Positions 1 through 13,021 of a DNA stretch of 64,000 nucleotides are shown one piece after another. The translations under genes and the position numbers were made by a program. Source of the stretch: Sphaerodactylus townsendi (Eukaryota); assembly GCF_021028975.2 (NCBI RefSeq), contig NC_059425.1:82212001-82276000 (forward strand), read 5' to 3'. The first letter of the stretch is position 1. Each line of letters opens with the position of its first letter. The notes under the pieces were generated by a model. That model did not search any database. It saw only the letters and a list, made by a program, of their open reading frames with translations, and was not told where the DNA came from.

Positions 1-1
1 G

Positions 2-175
2 GGGAAGCCCCATCATGAAGTTGATGCTATCCTGGATTCTCAAGTGCATTGCAACCACCTGTTGTATCTAGTTGCTTGGACCCATTTCCCAGCCGGGCAC
101 AATGAGTGGGTAGATTCGAAGTATGTGCAAGCCCCCCGGCTAGTAAAAACTTTTCACTGTGCTTACCCTGACTGA
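2..175 (+). mobile_element. Gypsy/Ty3 chromovirus integrase C-terminal chromodomain (remnant, runs off window start)
   Basis: Frame 2 reads GKPHHEVDAILDSQVHCNHLLYLVAWTHFPAGHNEWVDSKYVQAPRLVKTFHCAYPD*. This fits the chromodomain pattern (EV..ILD...YLV.W..F....WV....V.APRLV..FH). It is followed directly by a PPT and an LTR. Confidence 0.85.
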
Positions 176-213
176 CCTCATGGGGGGAGGGTAAAGTTTT
201 AAAGGGGGTGGAA

Positions 214-597
214 TGTCAGGCCTGTGCCTGTGTCAGTTGATGGGCGGCAGGCATTGCAAAGGGGAATTGTTTTGCTTCGTACTCAGCAGGTGCCCAGTGC
301 TCCCTACTCCCTTCCCTCCGTAGATGGCCCTGGCAGCCCCAGAAGACCTGATCTTATCATGTGGGAAGTGTGAGCTGTTCCCAGGCTTGTAGTGCTTTGA
401 GGTGCTTTGTAGAGGGAATCGTAGGAGCCGTTTGGCTAATTAGGGGCAGGGAGTTTTGGAGAATATAGGCAGTAGGTTTGAGCGAGAATCTCAGATTCAT
501 CTTTGTTTCATGTTGTCCTTTCATGTCAAAATTAAGACTTTAGAACAAATCTACAGTTTCTATTATTTCCTATTATTTCCGGACCTGAGGTCTGACA
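214..597 (+). mobile_element. 3' LTR of the Gypsy element (384 bp)
   Basis: A purine tract aaagggggtggaa (201-213) precedes TGTCAGGCCT...AGGTCTGACA, giving TG..CA ends with a 9/10 terminal inverted repeat. Confidence 0.8.
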
Positions 598-620
598 AGC
601 AGAGATCTGTGTATTTACTA

Positions 621-697
621 CGAGTCTTGTGGCACCTTGAAGACCAACCCATTTATTGGGGCATAAGGTTTCATGAGCCAGTCTATTTTGTCAGATG
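621..697 (-). mobile_element. Short Penelope-like terminal repeat relic
   Basis: The minus strand reads cat-CTGACAA...GAAA-CCTT-atg...aataaa...aaggtgccacaagactc. The same motif family occurs at 31836-31900 and 32626-32720. Confidence 0.5.
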
Positions 698-1986
698 TGT
701 GATATATTTCTGATGGACTAAAGTTATGTATATGTATCTCTATTGTATAAAATTGGGCTTTTGAGTTAATGAGCATTTAATTTTACTGTTATTTGGGTGC
801 TTTTCTGGAATTGGTCATTCTGTATTCACTGTCAAGATCAACTGGAAAATGTGAAACCTTTTGGTCGAAACCTTTTGAGTGAATCAGTTTGTTCCCAAAT
901 GTAGGCTCCCCCTGTGGAACTGAGGAAGAGATTTGTCATATGACAGGAAACTGTAATGTAAAAACAAACAGAACAAATCGTTGTCATGGGGGCGTAATGC
1001 TAGGATGGTTTAATCAAGATACTGTTCTTGATCAGTATTAAAGACTGCAGTAGAATTCAGGAGACTCCGGGTGTGATCTAATAATGCACTCTTATAAGCC
1101 CAGTGATTTCAATGGCCTTAGAAGGAAATAATTTAGAAGGGAAGTGAGTATCTTAGTATTTAATAACTGCAGTAGCATCTCATCCCTCTTCCAGCCAACA
1201 ACAGTGCCAGAAAATTCTGTGTGATTTCTTGTTTCTTTTCCACTTTAATGTGAGTAGAATGCAGAAGCACACTATGAGAGAAAATACGTTGTGGCTACTG
1301 TAATGTACCAGATGAAGTTGCATTTTGTTTGAAGTTTAAAGTATTGAAAATTAATGAATGGCAGAAATTTATAAACAGCATGGTTTCATTTTGCACATGT
1401 GCTGTAAAGCCTTTAGGGTGGAAAATAGGTCATTTTAGTGTGATGACTGGGTGGGTAGGTGACAATTCATTTCAGCTTGTTGAACGAGTCATGCAGACAA
1501 ACCGTAGTGGAAGCAATTGGTCTGAAAAGCAGTGGAAGAATACCACTCATAATCAACATTTGAACCAGCAGTAATGTTGTTTTACTTGCAGAAAGTTCCT
1601 AATTCAGTTCCCAGCACCTCCGGTTTAAAGGATAAGGTACTAAGTGATGTGAGACTGGATGAGCTGAAATTGCCAGGCAGAGCAGACAGTAACTGACCTT
1701 GATAGACCAAAGGCAGCTTCACGTGTTAAGAGAAATATAATTCTCTTCACAGTGAACTTGTTTTGGCAGTCAAACAAATCCTGTTCAGCACTCATAATGA
1801 GACCAGGCTGCTTGATGCATAATTAACATATCCTTCATTAACTCTCAAACATATTCAGAACAAGTTTGCAGCTGTTGTTGGTCAAAAGCCACTGTCCCCT
1901 AAAATGCTTTGTTGGGTATGGATCAAAACTTGTCCAGCAGGAGATCAGAAGCCGACTCCCAGCTGATCTCTCATCAGTTGGTAGTC

Positions 1987-2172
1987 ACATGAACACATAA
2001 AGCTGCCTTATACTGAATCAAACCGTTGGTCCATCATAGTTGGTATTGTCTACTCAGACTGGCAGCTGCTCTCCAGGGTCTCAGGCAGAGGCCTTTCAAT
2101 TGTCTGTCCTGGAGAATGCCAAGGATGGAACCTGGGACCCTCTGGAGGCAAAACAGAGGTTCTACCACTGAA
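1987..2172 (-). mobile_element. tRNA-derived SINE with CR1-type tail; a degraded + strand relative lies at ~1585-1727
   Basis: Minus strand has A/B-box-like cagtggtagaa...ggttccatcc and ends ...aaggcagctttatgtgttcatgt. Confidence 0.55.
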
Positions 2173-4689
2173 TCAGAGTTCCTCCACAATCAGCTTCTGG
2201 TGATCTACTGGTGATCTACTGCAAATACATTTGAACAGGCTGCAAACAGCTGAAAAGCCCAGTGATTAATCATTTGCCTGATTGCTACTGACAAGCAGGA
2301 TGTGAGCTGAACTGGCAGGTGCTCAAGCATCACTAAGGTCTCAATGACCAGACTGTGGGAGCATTTGCAACCTATGTGAATCATACTATGGTCATAGCTG
2401 ATTCAGTTAGTTCACGCAAGATTTTACTGCTGTGTGCTTCTGAGGCCAGACCCAGCAACTACTGGGTCCGGACTACTATATGGTATGCAAATATCTAAAC
2501 TTCGCCTGAGCTTCAGAAATGTGCATACCTTGATGACATCATAAAAACGGCATTGTATGTGAGTCAAGCAGCTGTTTATGTCATCGATTCAGAAACTGTG
2601 GATAATGGTGCAAAAGTGGGTCACAGGTCTCTTGCCTATGAATTACATAGCTTACTCTGGAGCCCTTTCCTTCCAGGGTTAGAGAAAGCAGAAGACCACA
2701 GCATTCCTTTTTCCTCCCCTCCTTTGCCCTGAAGCCCCATTCATTCCCAGATAGCAGGAATATATATAGTGAAAACTTCATCCACAGGACTTCTTAGGCT
2801 CAGTTTTTGTAGGCATTATTTACATCAAAGGGTTAATGTAGTGCCAGACGTGAAACACATACATATTTTTATTTGAAAGGTTGAGACATACTGTAAACTG
2901 GGAGAAGATACTATGGCTCATTCCACACAGGATATTTATCGTGAGATGCAATCATTATAAATGAATTCGTTTTCCATTTTTAAAAAAAGAAAAACGAGTT
3001 CATTTATAACAGTTCAACTCGTTATAAATATACTGTGCAGAATGAGCCAAAGAGTGGTTATGAAGGTTGAAGATGTGTGTGATTTGTACATCCAAGAGTT
3101 ATTTGTATTGATACAGTGCAAAATGATAAAATGGGTGGCCCTCTCCTTTCTTAATCTTGGAATTGCACCTAGAGTTATTTGTTTGCTTACCTTCCTACTT
3201 TTCACATGGCAGTCCTTGTGTATTTTTCCCAGAGTATACTAAATGTGTCTGAAAAGTTCAGGGGAAAAAAGCAACAATGGCAGCTAGTGAATTGAACATC
3301 TTGGATGGTCTGCCTACACCAGGGAAGGCTCGTCTCTCTTTGAAGGCAAGCAAATATGCTGCTTAAATTTGTACTCAGGCTTAAAAGTTTTATATCTGGT
3401 GTTAAGATTATGAGCACTACACAATTATTACACAGTACTTATCCCAGACAGAAAAGAGGGGCATACAGTGAATGTGGACAAATATTACTCTGTTAATAAT
3501 TTAGAAAAATAACAGCAGAGCAAATATTTACAGCTGACTAAGCAAGCAAATGAAGCTGCATTTTACATGGATATGGAAAAATATGAAGTATAAACCATAG
3601 CTGTTGGAAACATAATTGTAAGCAATGTCTACTGGTAATCAGAAAGCTGTTAACTATTATGATTACTTCCCAGGAACCCGAGAAATTCCAGAGGACTGGG
3701 AATTATGTATTAGCAGTTCCTAGGCATTGCTGAGAAGCTGTGGCAATTAAGCAAATATGTATTGCAGACAGGTTCTAAGTTAAAGTGAAGGTGGGTCAGC
3801 TGGCTACATGTATGGATATCTTGGTGGAACATAGATCTGTGAAATCAAGCAAAAAGCAGAGCTGTTGGGTACAGAACAGCATCCTGTCCAGAAGAAATGC
3901 ATAACATGCCCTTGGAGATTTCTTGGGATCTTTTCAAGGCTAGAACTGAATAGAAATGTCCCCTTCCATTGTGGCATTGTAGGAACTGGATTGTGAACAT
4001 GTTTATAAAAGCTTTATTGCTTGGAATAATCTGATTGACGTAAATATGTCTGTAGTTAGAGGCAAGAAAAATGCTGAATTATCAATATATCTTAAATTGT
4101 AATATTCATTTGCAAGAACCATTAACTCTTTTAGTGTGGAGAAGAAATATGCAGACAGATAAGGATCAGATTATACTATTAAACTGGCAAATTTGCTAAT
4201 GGTTTTGTGGGATAAGTTTTGATAGGTGTTTCAAATAATTCTCATTTACTTTTCTGTTCTGTTGTCAATTAATTTATTCCATGGGCAATGCTTTTACTAT
4301 TCCAGCAACTGATACATGGAGTTATGATAGTGGAAGAGCCATTCTTATTTTCAGGTTGTGCTACATAGACAAACTAATGGAAGCTTTGAAAGCTGTTGTA
4401 GAGCAGACGTTATAAAGGTAGAGGAACTCAGTGGTTCCCAGCAGTAGGACAGGAGATCAAAATGGCATATAGAAGGGAAACAGAATGATTCCAGTGCTTG
4501 TCCCTGACATCTGTGCATGCGTCTGCCCTTAACCCCTTCCTTCTGTTATAACTAAGGTAAATCAGTTTTTCGATGTAGGCAACCTTGGGGTACTAATTAG
4601 CAGGGTGAAAGGTTCCTCCCCGAAGTGACCATGGTATTCCAAAAGCCAGTTGCAACAAGCTCAGACATAGTAAAAATATATTAAAATCT

Positions 4690-5030
4690 GTGAGCAATAA
4701 AAAATAAAACAATAAAACAGCAGGATTAAAGAAGCATAAAAATAACTTCAGTAGGGTGGTTAGAAACAATAATACAATTCCAGCCAGGGGAATCTAAACA
4801 TCTAAACACAAGTTGCCAAATTGAAAAATGACTGGCCAAATCTAAAGGCTCAGAAGCTTACAAGAATTTTTTCTGGAAAGGGTGTTCTATGCCTGAGGTC
4901 ATCTCTCTGTTTAACAGCCCCATCCAGAGCTGGCGTAGTGGGTGGTGGTGGTGGTAGTGCAGCCTCCGCACCAGTCTGCCCCCGCCAAAGAGCTTTCCCA
5001 TGGTATAGGAAGCCCAAACTGTTTTTAAAA
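4690..5030 (-). mobile_element. Old L2 LINE 3' fragment
   Basis: Reverse complement resembles the 3' end of the L2 at 11300-11750. Confidence 0.4.
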
Positions 5031-6020
5031 GAAAGAGAAAGAACTCACCCATAGAGCAGAATAGAGATATACCACGATCTCAGCTGACAGCTTAACTGGT
5101 GCAAGGGGGCTGAAGGAGGTCTGGAAGTTGACTACAGGGAAGTGCCTCCTCCGCCAGAGCATTTGCCCCTTACACTGGCAGAACAGGCATTTCTGCTGGT
5201 TCAGGGATGCACTGGTTACAGAGGGGAATTAGCCCCCCCCCCCCCCATGCGACTGCCTGGCTGTAAAGGCTTAGAGCCATTCGATTTCATCCTTTGTCAA
5301 AGTCAGCATGTCAGGTTGTCTGATCAAAAGGCAGTTTGTTTCAAATGGTGCAATCATTGCTATTGTATATTTCAGGAAGTATTCTTAAAACAGATCATTA
5401 TAATTCCTTTAAAATATCTGGGACTTTATTTAGTAAATATTTTCAAAAGATGTCTCCATTCTGCTGCCTGTTAGTAAGAAGGTCTATTTGACTTGTATGA
5501 GCTCTTTTCTTTAGTAAAAGTGGTGCAAACCAGTTCTATTCTAGCAAGAACTCCAATTCTACTCCAGTAAGAACTCTTCTCACCATGTAACCAGGAATGT
5601 CACACCTTCCTTTCGTTTCCCCTTAGTAAATAACCCACCATCACATTCAGTTTAGAGAGCAGTTTTAGTCTTAGGAGAAAAGGAATGGAGAATAACTTTT
5701 TCAAGTAGAATTATAATGCTGAAGTAAATTCTAATGTAATAGTACTTATGCGTCCTTTAGCAATATTAACTGTGTAGCTAATTGACGTATTCATGTAGGG
5801 ATTGACAAACACTGCCCTCTCTTACTTCGTGTATGCCAGGACAATCACCATTCACTCCCATCTCTTCCCTATCTCTAATAGTTTCTTAATAGCTTGTTGA
5901 AATTATCTGCAATGGCTGTGATTAAAGCTGTCAACATGTGGAAGATGCAAAACCAGCAATTGGCAGGACACAGTTACCCCAGCAGTGTTCTAGCTGCACA
6001 GCTAAATGGATAACATAGAT

Positions 6021-6271
6021 CAGGGGTTTGCAACCTGCAGCTCTAGAGCCACATGTGGCTCTTTCAGCCTTATACTGCAGTTCCGAGTGGCCTGGAGGTC
6101 GGAGGGTAGTGTGGGCATGTCCCTCCAGAGCAGCGCTGGAAGGAAAGATGAGTGGAGGGGCCGAACCAGAGGCGGCTCTGTGCGGAGCCGCCTCTCCAGC
6201 TCTGTAGATCTTTGGAGCCATGGAAAACGGGTCCAAATGGCTCTTTGGGTGGTCAAGTTTGCCAACCCCTC
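6021..6271. mobile_element. hAT-type MITE
   Basis: Ends caggggtttgcaacct...agtttgccaacccctc, flanked by 8-bp TSD acatagat/acatagac. Confidence 0.8.
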
Positions 6272-7073
6272 ACATAGACAAAGAGAAGTTAAGGAAGGAG
6301 AGTGGAGGCAGGACCTTTTAAAAGGCCACACATGTGGCATCTACACTCATTTGTTTCAAAACTGGAACTACTCTGATCGCTTTCAATAACATTGGGGGAA
6401 CTCTATCATTGTACCTCATATTATCTGTGTCATTCTGGTCTGAGAGGAAAAATGAAAAAAAATTAAAACTGGATTTTCTCCTGTTTCCTCTATTAGAAAA
6501 AAGGAGATGAGTGTTCCTTGGACCCCAAGAGTGTGTGTGTGTGTGTTAGCATGTCTGAACTATATTAACAGTAGTCTTACTTCCACACACCAATCTATTT
6601 CATTTGCACTAAAGGTTAGCATTATAGAATCTTCAGTCTTTTTCCTTGAAAGTGGACATTTTCTTTCTCAAATGTATATGCCAGCAAACCTCTATGTTTC
6701 AGCTTCAAATTCAGTCCAGAATAAGAGGAAGTTTCTTGGAAGAAGGCAAAAAAAGAAAAAGAAAAAAACAACATGATAGAGCCATAATCTGGTGCTAGAA
6801 AGAGTTGAAGTAATCTGTTTCTAAACCTAATTTAGAAACAGCAGCACATAAGACAAGGAGTATTGCAACCATATTAATCAGAAGTCCAAATATGGGGGGA
6901 AAGTGCTTTAAATTTTTCTGTTATAAAAGAAAATCATGTAAAGACTAATACTGGCTTCTGCTGTTTGGAGTAACAACTTGTAATTGTACTAAAACAATTC
7001 ACTGGAACTTGTTATTTTGTAAATGGCTTGCAAAAACAAACGTCAAATCAATTCTGAAGGGTTTCCATCCACA

Positions 7074-7801
7074 TCTATATATATAAAAATCTATCACTGC
7101 GTTTTTCTGCTGACAGGTAATCTCCCAAACTACTGGACCAATTGCTTTGAAATTTTCACACAACATTGCATTCGCGTGCGGTCAGGTTTCCATACTGTTT
7201 CCACACTTCCTGTTGTGTACATGTCACAACTGGGCCAGTTATTGTGTACATGCCATACCCATGACAGTTGGAACCACAGTTCTGTTCCGCAACACCGCCA
7301 TCTGCTGGCCGTCAAAGCAACACCCTCTGATACAAGGGAACCAACCATGCCTTCCTTGAAAACCGCTGCCATCTGTAGTGAAAGGGATGGGGCGGGCCAT
7401 CTGCACATGGCCCACCCACCCTAGCAGAGGAAGGGGAAGGTGAGGGAGGGTCCAGGGGTTTGCTGGACCAAACGCTCTGAAATTTGAACACAACGTAGCT
7501 CATGCCTCCCAGCGTGTTTTACGCTAGATAATTCGCCTGCAAGGGAAGGGAGTGAAAGGGACAAGATCAGCCACCTGCACATGGTCCACCCACCCTAGCA
7601 GAGGAAGGGGAACGTTAGGGAGGGACCGGCCAGGTTGCCATGCAAGGGAACGGGAGAGAGGGAGGGGAGCGAGGGGCCCCTTGCCTCTCCCTCCCTTGCA
7701 ATCATTGTGCAATGACACATGTTCGAACCGTTCGCTTCCCCTTTTCTTTCTTTTCCACTTCACCAGACTCACCCACAGCAATGCGTGGCCGGGCCCACTA
7801 G
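7074..7801 (+). mobile_element. Non-autonomous Helitron
   Basis: Starts TC (A|TCTATATATATAAAA) and ends CTAG|T, i.e. inserted in an AT dinucleotide with no TSD. Subterminal hairpin ccac-a-gca-a-tgc-gtgg at 7773-7788. Confidence 0.8.
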
Positions 7802-9729
7802 TTATCTATAAACCTGGCATGGATATTTTAGCTGCTGGTGAGAGAGTGGTTTGAAATAACTAACAAAATACATGCATATCTCATTGTCCATAGTACTGTC
7901 TTAACATGTTGGCTGGAGCTGCATGTTGTCAGTGGCAACTAAGAATGTGGGATGAGAGTAACAAGGCAACAACATAGTATTAACGCACAAATGAATTACC
8001 CAGGATATTGTGGAATAGAAGGGGGAAATTGAACATAATTGTACAGTGGATTGGGCTACATGTGTTACAGTAAAAGAAAATTTTCAACTGCACAGATGGT
8101 AAAAGAAAAATAGGGTATACCTGGATCTTTTGCACTAGTGGCATCATTTTGGGGCAGATCAGGGAAATCGTTGGTTTTACCACTTTAAGAAAACCCAGTC
8201 CATGAAGTCATTTCCTAGATTCCCTTCCAACTATATAAGAAAATGCATATCACTGGAGATGAAGATGAGTGGTGGCTTGAGCTAGGGGGTTACTGTAGAA
8301 GGCTGGATCTGGTGATCCAAGAGATATCTTTCAATTATCTTTGAACTGCTTATAACTTAAACCTTTTGGTTTGTGGAGAAATACCATGCCTCACTCAAGA
8401 GCTCTGAACAGCCCTTATTTGTGAAGAGTTCAGTTTCCCAAGTTGCTTCTATTAATATAACCCAAACTGGCCACTTGTGCCACAGCATTATGCTGTTGAT
8501 TTGTGAAAGTACTTCCTGAGGGAGAACAGAATGCCCTTATTTCTTTCATGTATTTATTCTGGCTTTTGACTGGATCAGTGGTAAATTACAGCATCTAGCC
8601 AGCAGCATCACCTCCACAAGAAGAAGAGGCCCTAAGGTCAGCATTCTGTAGTGGCAAAATTGTTTCCACCACACTCAGAAAGTCTTTATTAGGGCTATTT
8701 CCCCTGTCCTTACATGCCCTTAACTCTCTCCATCAGTGTTCTCCCTTTCTGCAGAGTCTGATTCACTCTTACATGAAGCAAGGAAGTCTTGCCCACCACA
8801 GTACTGAACTGCAGCAGAAGAGAGTTTCCCTACCATCTTGGCTGTTCCTTCAGCCACATAAGTTCGGAGGGGTTCGTGTTCAACATGGCTCAACTTGCAT
8901 TGTTTTTTTTTTATTTATACCCATAAATCTATCTCAGTGGCATTCTTATCCACTGGTATTATGAGTGCTTTCAAAAAAATAATAATAGTACTCCTAGCTA
9001 TCCAATGTGTCAAGGTGATTTTTAATTTTTAACTTGTTCTGAAATGTTTGCAATTCACTGTTAGTATTATTAAAAGATAAAGTATTGTCCATTCATTTAT
9101 AATCATTTTAAGAAAATAAAGTACAAAGCTGAAGTCTTAATATGATGCCATGTCAGAATGCCAGCCTTGGTAGGTTGTAACTTTCTAGTTGAAATAGTTT
9201 GCCATTTAAGGGCTATAATGGCAGTTTCTACTTCTACAAACAGGACTCAAAATTGCCTTACTTGTATTACTGCTATTACTATTATAAGAGTAACCAGTAG
9301 TGGAGGCCTTATATGTCAGACTAGGCTACCAGCTAACAAGCTCTTCTCTCCACCAACCTTCCTACCTCATTTGTTTCCACTGTGGTGTCTTCCACCTCCT
9401 GGGAAAGAAAGAAAAGATGGGTGCATCTCTCTGTTGCTTTCTGGCAGAGATGTGCGGGAGAAGCAATACAAGGAGGGACTTTTCTTCTTTTCATATGCTT
9501 CCTGTTGACTGACAGTTATACCCTTCTGAGTCCACTGAAATTAATGCGTTTAGGAGGGTAGTAACTCAGTTGGGTTGGAATCCTAAACAGGCATATTAGG
9601 GAATAAGCCCCATTAAATACAGTTATATTTACTTCTGTTTATATATGTTAAGGACTGTACTGTTAGATGACCATTGTGCTATACATGGCTATCTCTGAAT
9701 GCCTGTTCTCTGGCCAATTCATTAACTTC

Positions 9730-11754
9730 CTAATTTTTTTTGCAGATAAAATCATGTCGCTCCGCCAAGACCTTCCTGCCACCTTAGAGTCAATAAGTGA
9801 ACTGGAGGCTCCCTTGCCGTCTTCTGGCCCTTGTTTGGCCCTGTTCTCCCTGCTCTCGGAAGCCGCTGTCGACAGGGTCCTGGCTGCTGTTAGACCTACT
9901 ACCTGTCCTCTGTATCCGTGCCCCTCCTGGCTTATTAAAGCATGCCAGGCGGAGTTGCGACCCCACCTGTTGAGTATCATCAATAGCTCCCTTGACCAAG
10001 GAGTTTTTCCTGAGTGGAGTTGAAGGGAGCGCAGTGGTCCGCCCACTCTTGAAAAGACCATCTTTAGATCCTGGCGATCTGGCCAATTACCGCCCCATTT
10101 CGAATCTACCGTTTCTGGGGAAGGTAATTGAGAGAGTGGTGTTGGAGCAGCTTCGGGGTTTCCTGGAGGACTAACATCAGCTTTTGATCCCTTCCAGTCC
10201 GGTTTCCTTGCTGGGCATGGGACGGAGACTGTTCTGCGTCGCCGTCCACACCAGATCTGTTCACGCTTACAACTAGACCGTAGGCGGATCGAGAGCGCTA
10301 AGCTGGTTTTTTGTTAGACCTAACTGCGAAAGCGCTTTGATCGTGGTGCGATCACTTCGACACCTTTTGACCCGCATACCGCCTGTCAGCTTCGGGTGCA
10401 AGGCACTGTCCTAGAAATGGATTGTTCTCGTTCCTCCGGGACCCGGGTGCGCAAAATTAGCAAGTAGTGTGGTGGGGACCAAGCATCCCAGAGTGTGCTT
10501 CACTTCATTTGTGGGTGTGCCCCAGGGAGCGCTGCTGTCCCCACTTATTATTTAAACATCTATAGTGCGCACCCTCTTTGCTCAGTTGGTGCGGAGCTTT
10601 GGGCTGATGTGTCACCAGTATGCTGATGACACCCAGCTCATTCTGTTGATGGAGGGTGGAGCGGCCGCCGCCCCTGCGGCTCTCCAGCATTGTTTGGAGG
10701 CTGTGGCCGGGTGGTTGAAACAGAGCAGGTTGAAGCTGAATCCATTGAAGACGGAGATCCTCTGGCTGAGGCGTGAAGGGGAGGGGGGATTTTCAGCCAC
10801 CGAAGTGGGAGGGGGCTATATTGGCACCAACCCCCTCTGTCCGCGACCTGGGGATCCACCTGGATTCGTCTCTTTCTATGGAGACCCAGGTGGCCCATGT
10901 TACCCGGGTTGCGTTTTACCATCTTCGCCAAGCCCGGCGGCTGGCCCACTTCCTCTCCCAAACTGACTTGGCCACAGTGGTCCATGCAACGGTCACCTCC
11001 AGGCTAGACTATTGCAACTCGCTCTACGCGGGCCTTCCCTTGCGCCTGATTCGGAGATTAAAAATGGTCCAGAATGCAGCGGCTCGTATGCTTGCAGGGG
11101 GTGCCATAAGAGAACATATTACACCTGTGCTTCGCCGCTTGCACTGGCTACCCATTGAATACCGAATCATTTTCAAGGTGCTGGTGTTAACCTTTAAGGC
11201 CTTGCGCGGCCTGGGACCCCCGTACCTGCGGGACCGTCTTACCCCATATGTCCTGAATCGGTCTCTGCGATCGGCAGAGGCCAGTTTACTGGTGATCCCT
11301 GGCCCCTCCATGATACGGCTAGCCTCCACCCGGGCCAGAGCCTTTACAGCTCTGGCCCCCGCCTGGTGGAACGCTCTTCCACCAACTGTCTGGGCCCTGC
11401 GGGACCTTGCTGAGTTCCGCAGGGCCTGCAAGACCGAATTGTTCCACCGGGCCTTTGGGGAGACTAGCCGCTGATAGGGGCCCCTTCCTTCCTCCTTCCT
11501 CCTTATCTGCTATTATAACATCATATAGCCCTATCACCCTCCCCTTCTGATGTACGTTTAGAGGGAATTGACAGTAGGCGCCAACTTAGTTAATATCAAT
11601 TTAATATTAAATTATAAGTTTTAATGGGGTAGGGTTTATATTTTTATTAGAGCCATCGTATTTTATATATATCATTGTACTTTAATTTGATTGTGCTCTA
11701 CTTACATGTTGTACACCGCCCTGAGCCCTCCGGGGGAGGGCGGTTTATAAACCC
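9730..11754 (+). mobile_element. 5'-truncated young L2-clade LINE (reverse transcriptase region plus 3'UTR)
   Basis: ORF pieces give TTCPLYPCPSWLIK, NYRPISNLPFLGKVIE, HQYADDTQL, SRLDYCNSL and LHWLPIEYRIIFK. It is CpG-rich and ends in a (TAA)n tail. Confidence 0.9.
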
Positions 11755-11788
<34 letters not shown>

Positions 11789-11840
11789 GTAATAGTAATA
11801 GTAATAGTAATAGTAATAGTAATAGTAATAGTAATAATAA
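11755..11840. repeat. Compound microsatellite (AAT)n/(AGTAAT)n, the L2 tail
   Basis: Directly visible in the sequence. Confidence 0.95.
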
Positions 11841-12238
11841 TTTCACATAAAAGAGGATACTTATGAAGAGTTTTTTTTTAAAAAAAGCAATGGTGTCTAG
11901 TGTGATAAAGAAGTGGGCCAGCAACAGATTTTTAAAATGCACTTTTTAAAAATCTGGGTGCAGGGGGGGGAGGGGTTGTCTCCTGCATCCATTATAGTAT
12001 AAAATTTTATTGCAGTTTACTTGGCTAGTCTTTTCAAATAGGTGGCAATACAATTTTATAGCACTCTTTATTGCTATATTTTGTTTATCTTACTTATTTT
12101 TGTTTTCCCCTTGGTTCTCAACATCTGTCTTCTCTGAAGAAAATATAATTTCCATGGAGACAAATGAAGACCCTATGCTTTGTCTATATCCATGGTAAAT
12201 GGGAACTTGCTACAGATTAGGAAAACACAGTCCTATAG

Positions 12239-12711
12239 CAGTGATGGCGAACCTTTTTGAGACCGAGTGCCCAAAGTGCAACCCAAACCCCACTTATTTA
12301 TTGCAAAGTGCCAACCCGGCAATTTAACCTGAATGCTGAGGTTTTAGTTTAGAAAAAACCGGTTGGCTCCCTCTTCCTCCACCCCACCCGCTCGAGCAGG
12401 GGCCAGTCTGCTCTAGTCATCAAGTCCTATGTGCACTGCTCTGTGCCTCTCTAGCATCTCTGCCTCCTCCATTGCCTCGGCAGCAGCTTACCTGTGAGCA
12501 CACATTGAAGTCAGTCAGGCCTCCGCCTTAGCCGAAGTCCCTCCCCTGCTCACTACAAAGGCTGGCTGCATCGTCAAGATTCTCAGTGGCCTAGGCCAGC
12601 CTAGATGTGTGTGGGGGTGTGATTTTTCATGACGAACTTTGTATGTATGTGCCCACAGAGAGGGCTCCGAGTGCCACCTCTGGCACCCATGCCATAGGTT
12701 CGCCATCACTG
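12239..12711. mobile_element. hAT (Charlie/Buster-type) MITE
   Basis: Perfect 16-bp TIR CAGTGATGGCGAACCT/AGGTTCGCCATCACTG and perfect 8-bp TSD tcctatag. Confidence 0.92.
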
Positions 12712-13021
12712 TCCTATAGGAAGATTGCCACACATGCTTGCTCTCCTTTTCTAAATCAAAGACAGCTGTGATATCCCAAATTCTTCCATTTTTATGATAC
12801 TCTTGAAGGCCCTGAAGCTAAAATCTGAAGTATTATGGAAAGCATTGTCATAACTTTTGGCTGCCAAATAGTCAAACCATTGTTTGCATGTGTCCAAAAT
12901 CAGTTTTCAGGTTTACTATCAAACATAAAGTTTCTCCCACTGTTAAAGCATGATGAAACCTGAGAAGTCACAAAGGTGGCAGGGTGGTGATGATGGTTTC
13001 AAAATGATGTCTATTGATGCA

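Noticed and set aside
655-697. Additional hammerhead motifs in Penelope-like ends (here on minus; also ~32628-32666)
   Set aside because: The catalytic CUGANGA box is mutated (CTGACAA, CTGGTTAAGA) and helix II is degraded, so they are unlikely to be active.
11675-11942. Poly-Ile and poly-Leu ORFs (also poly-Asn at 21727-21957 and poly-CV at 46565-46750)
   Set aside because: These are translations of microsatellites.
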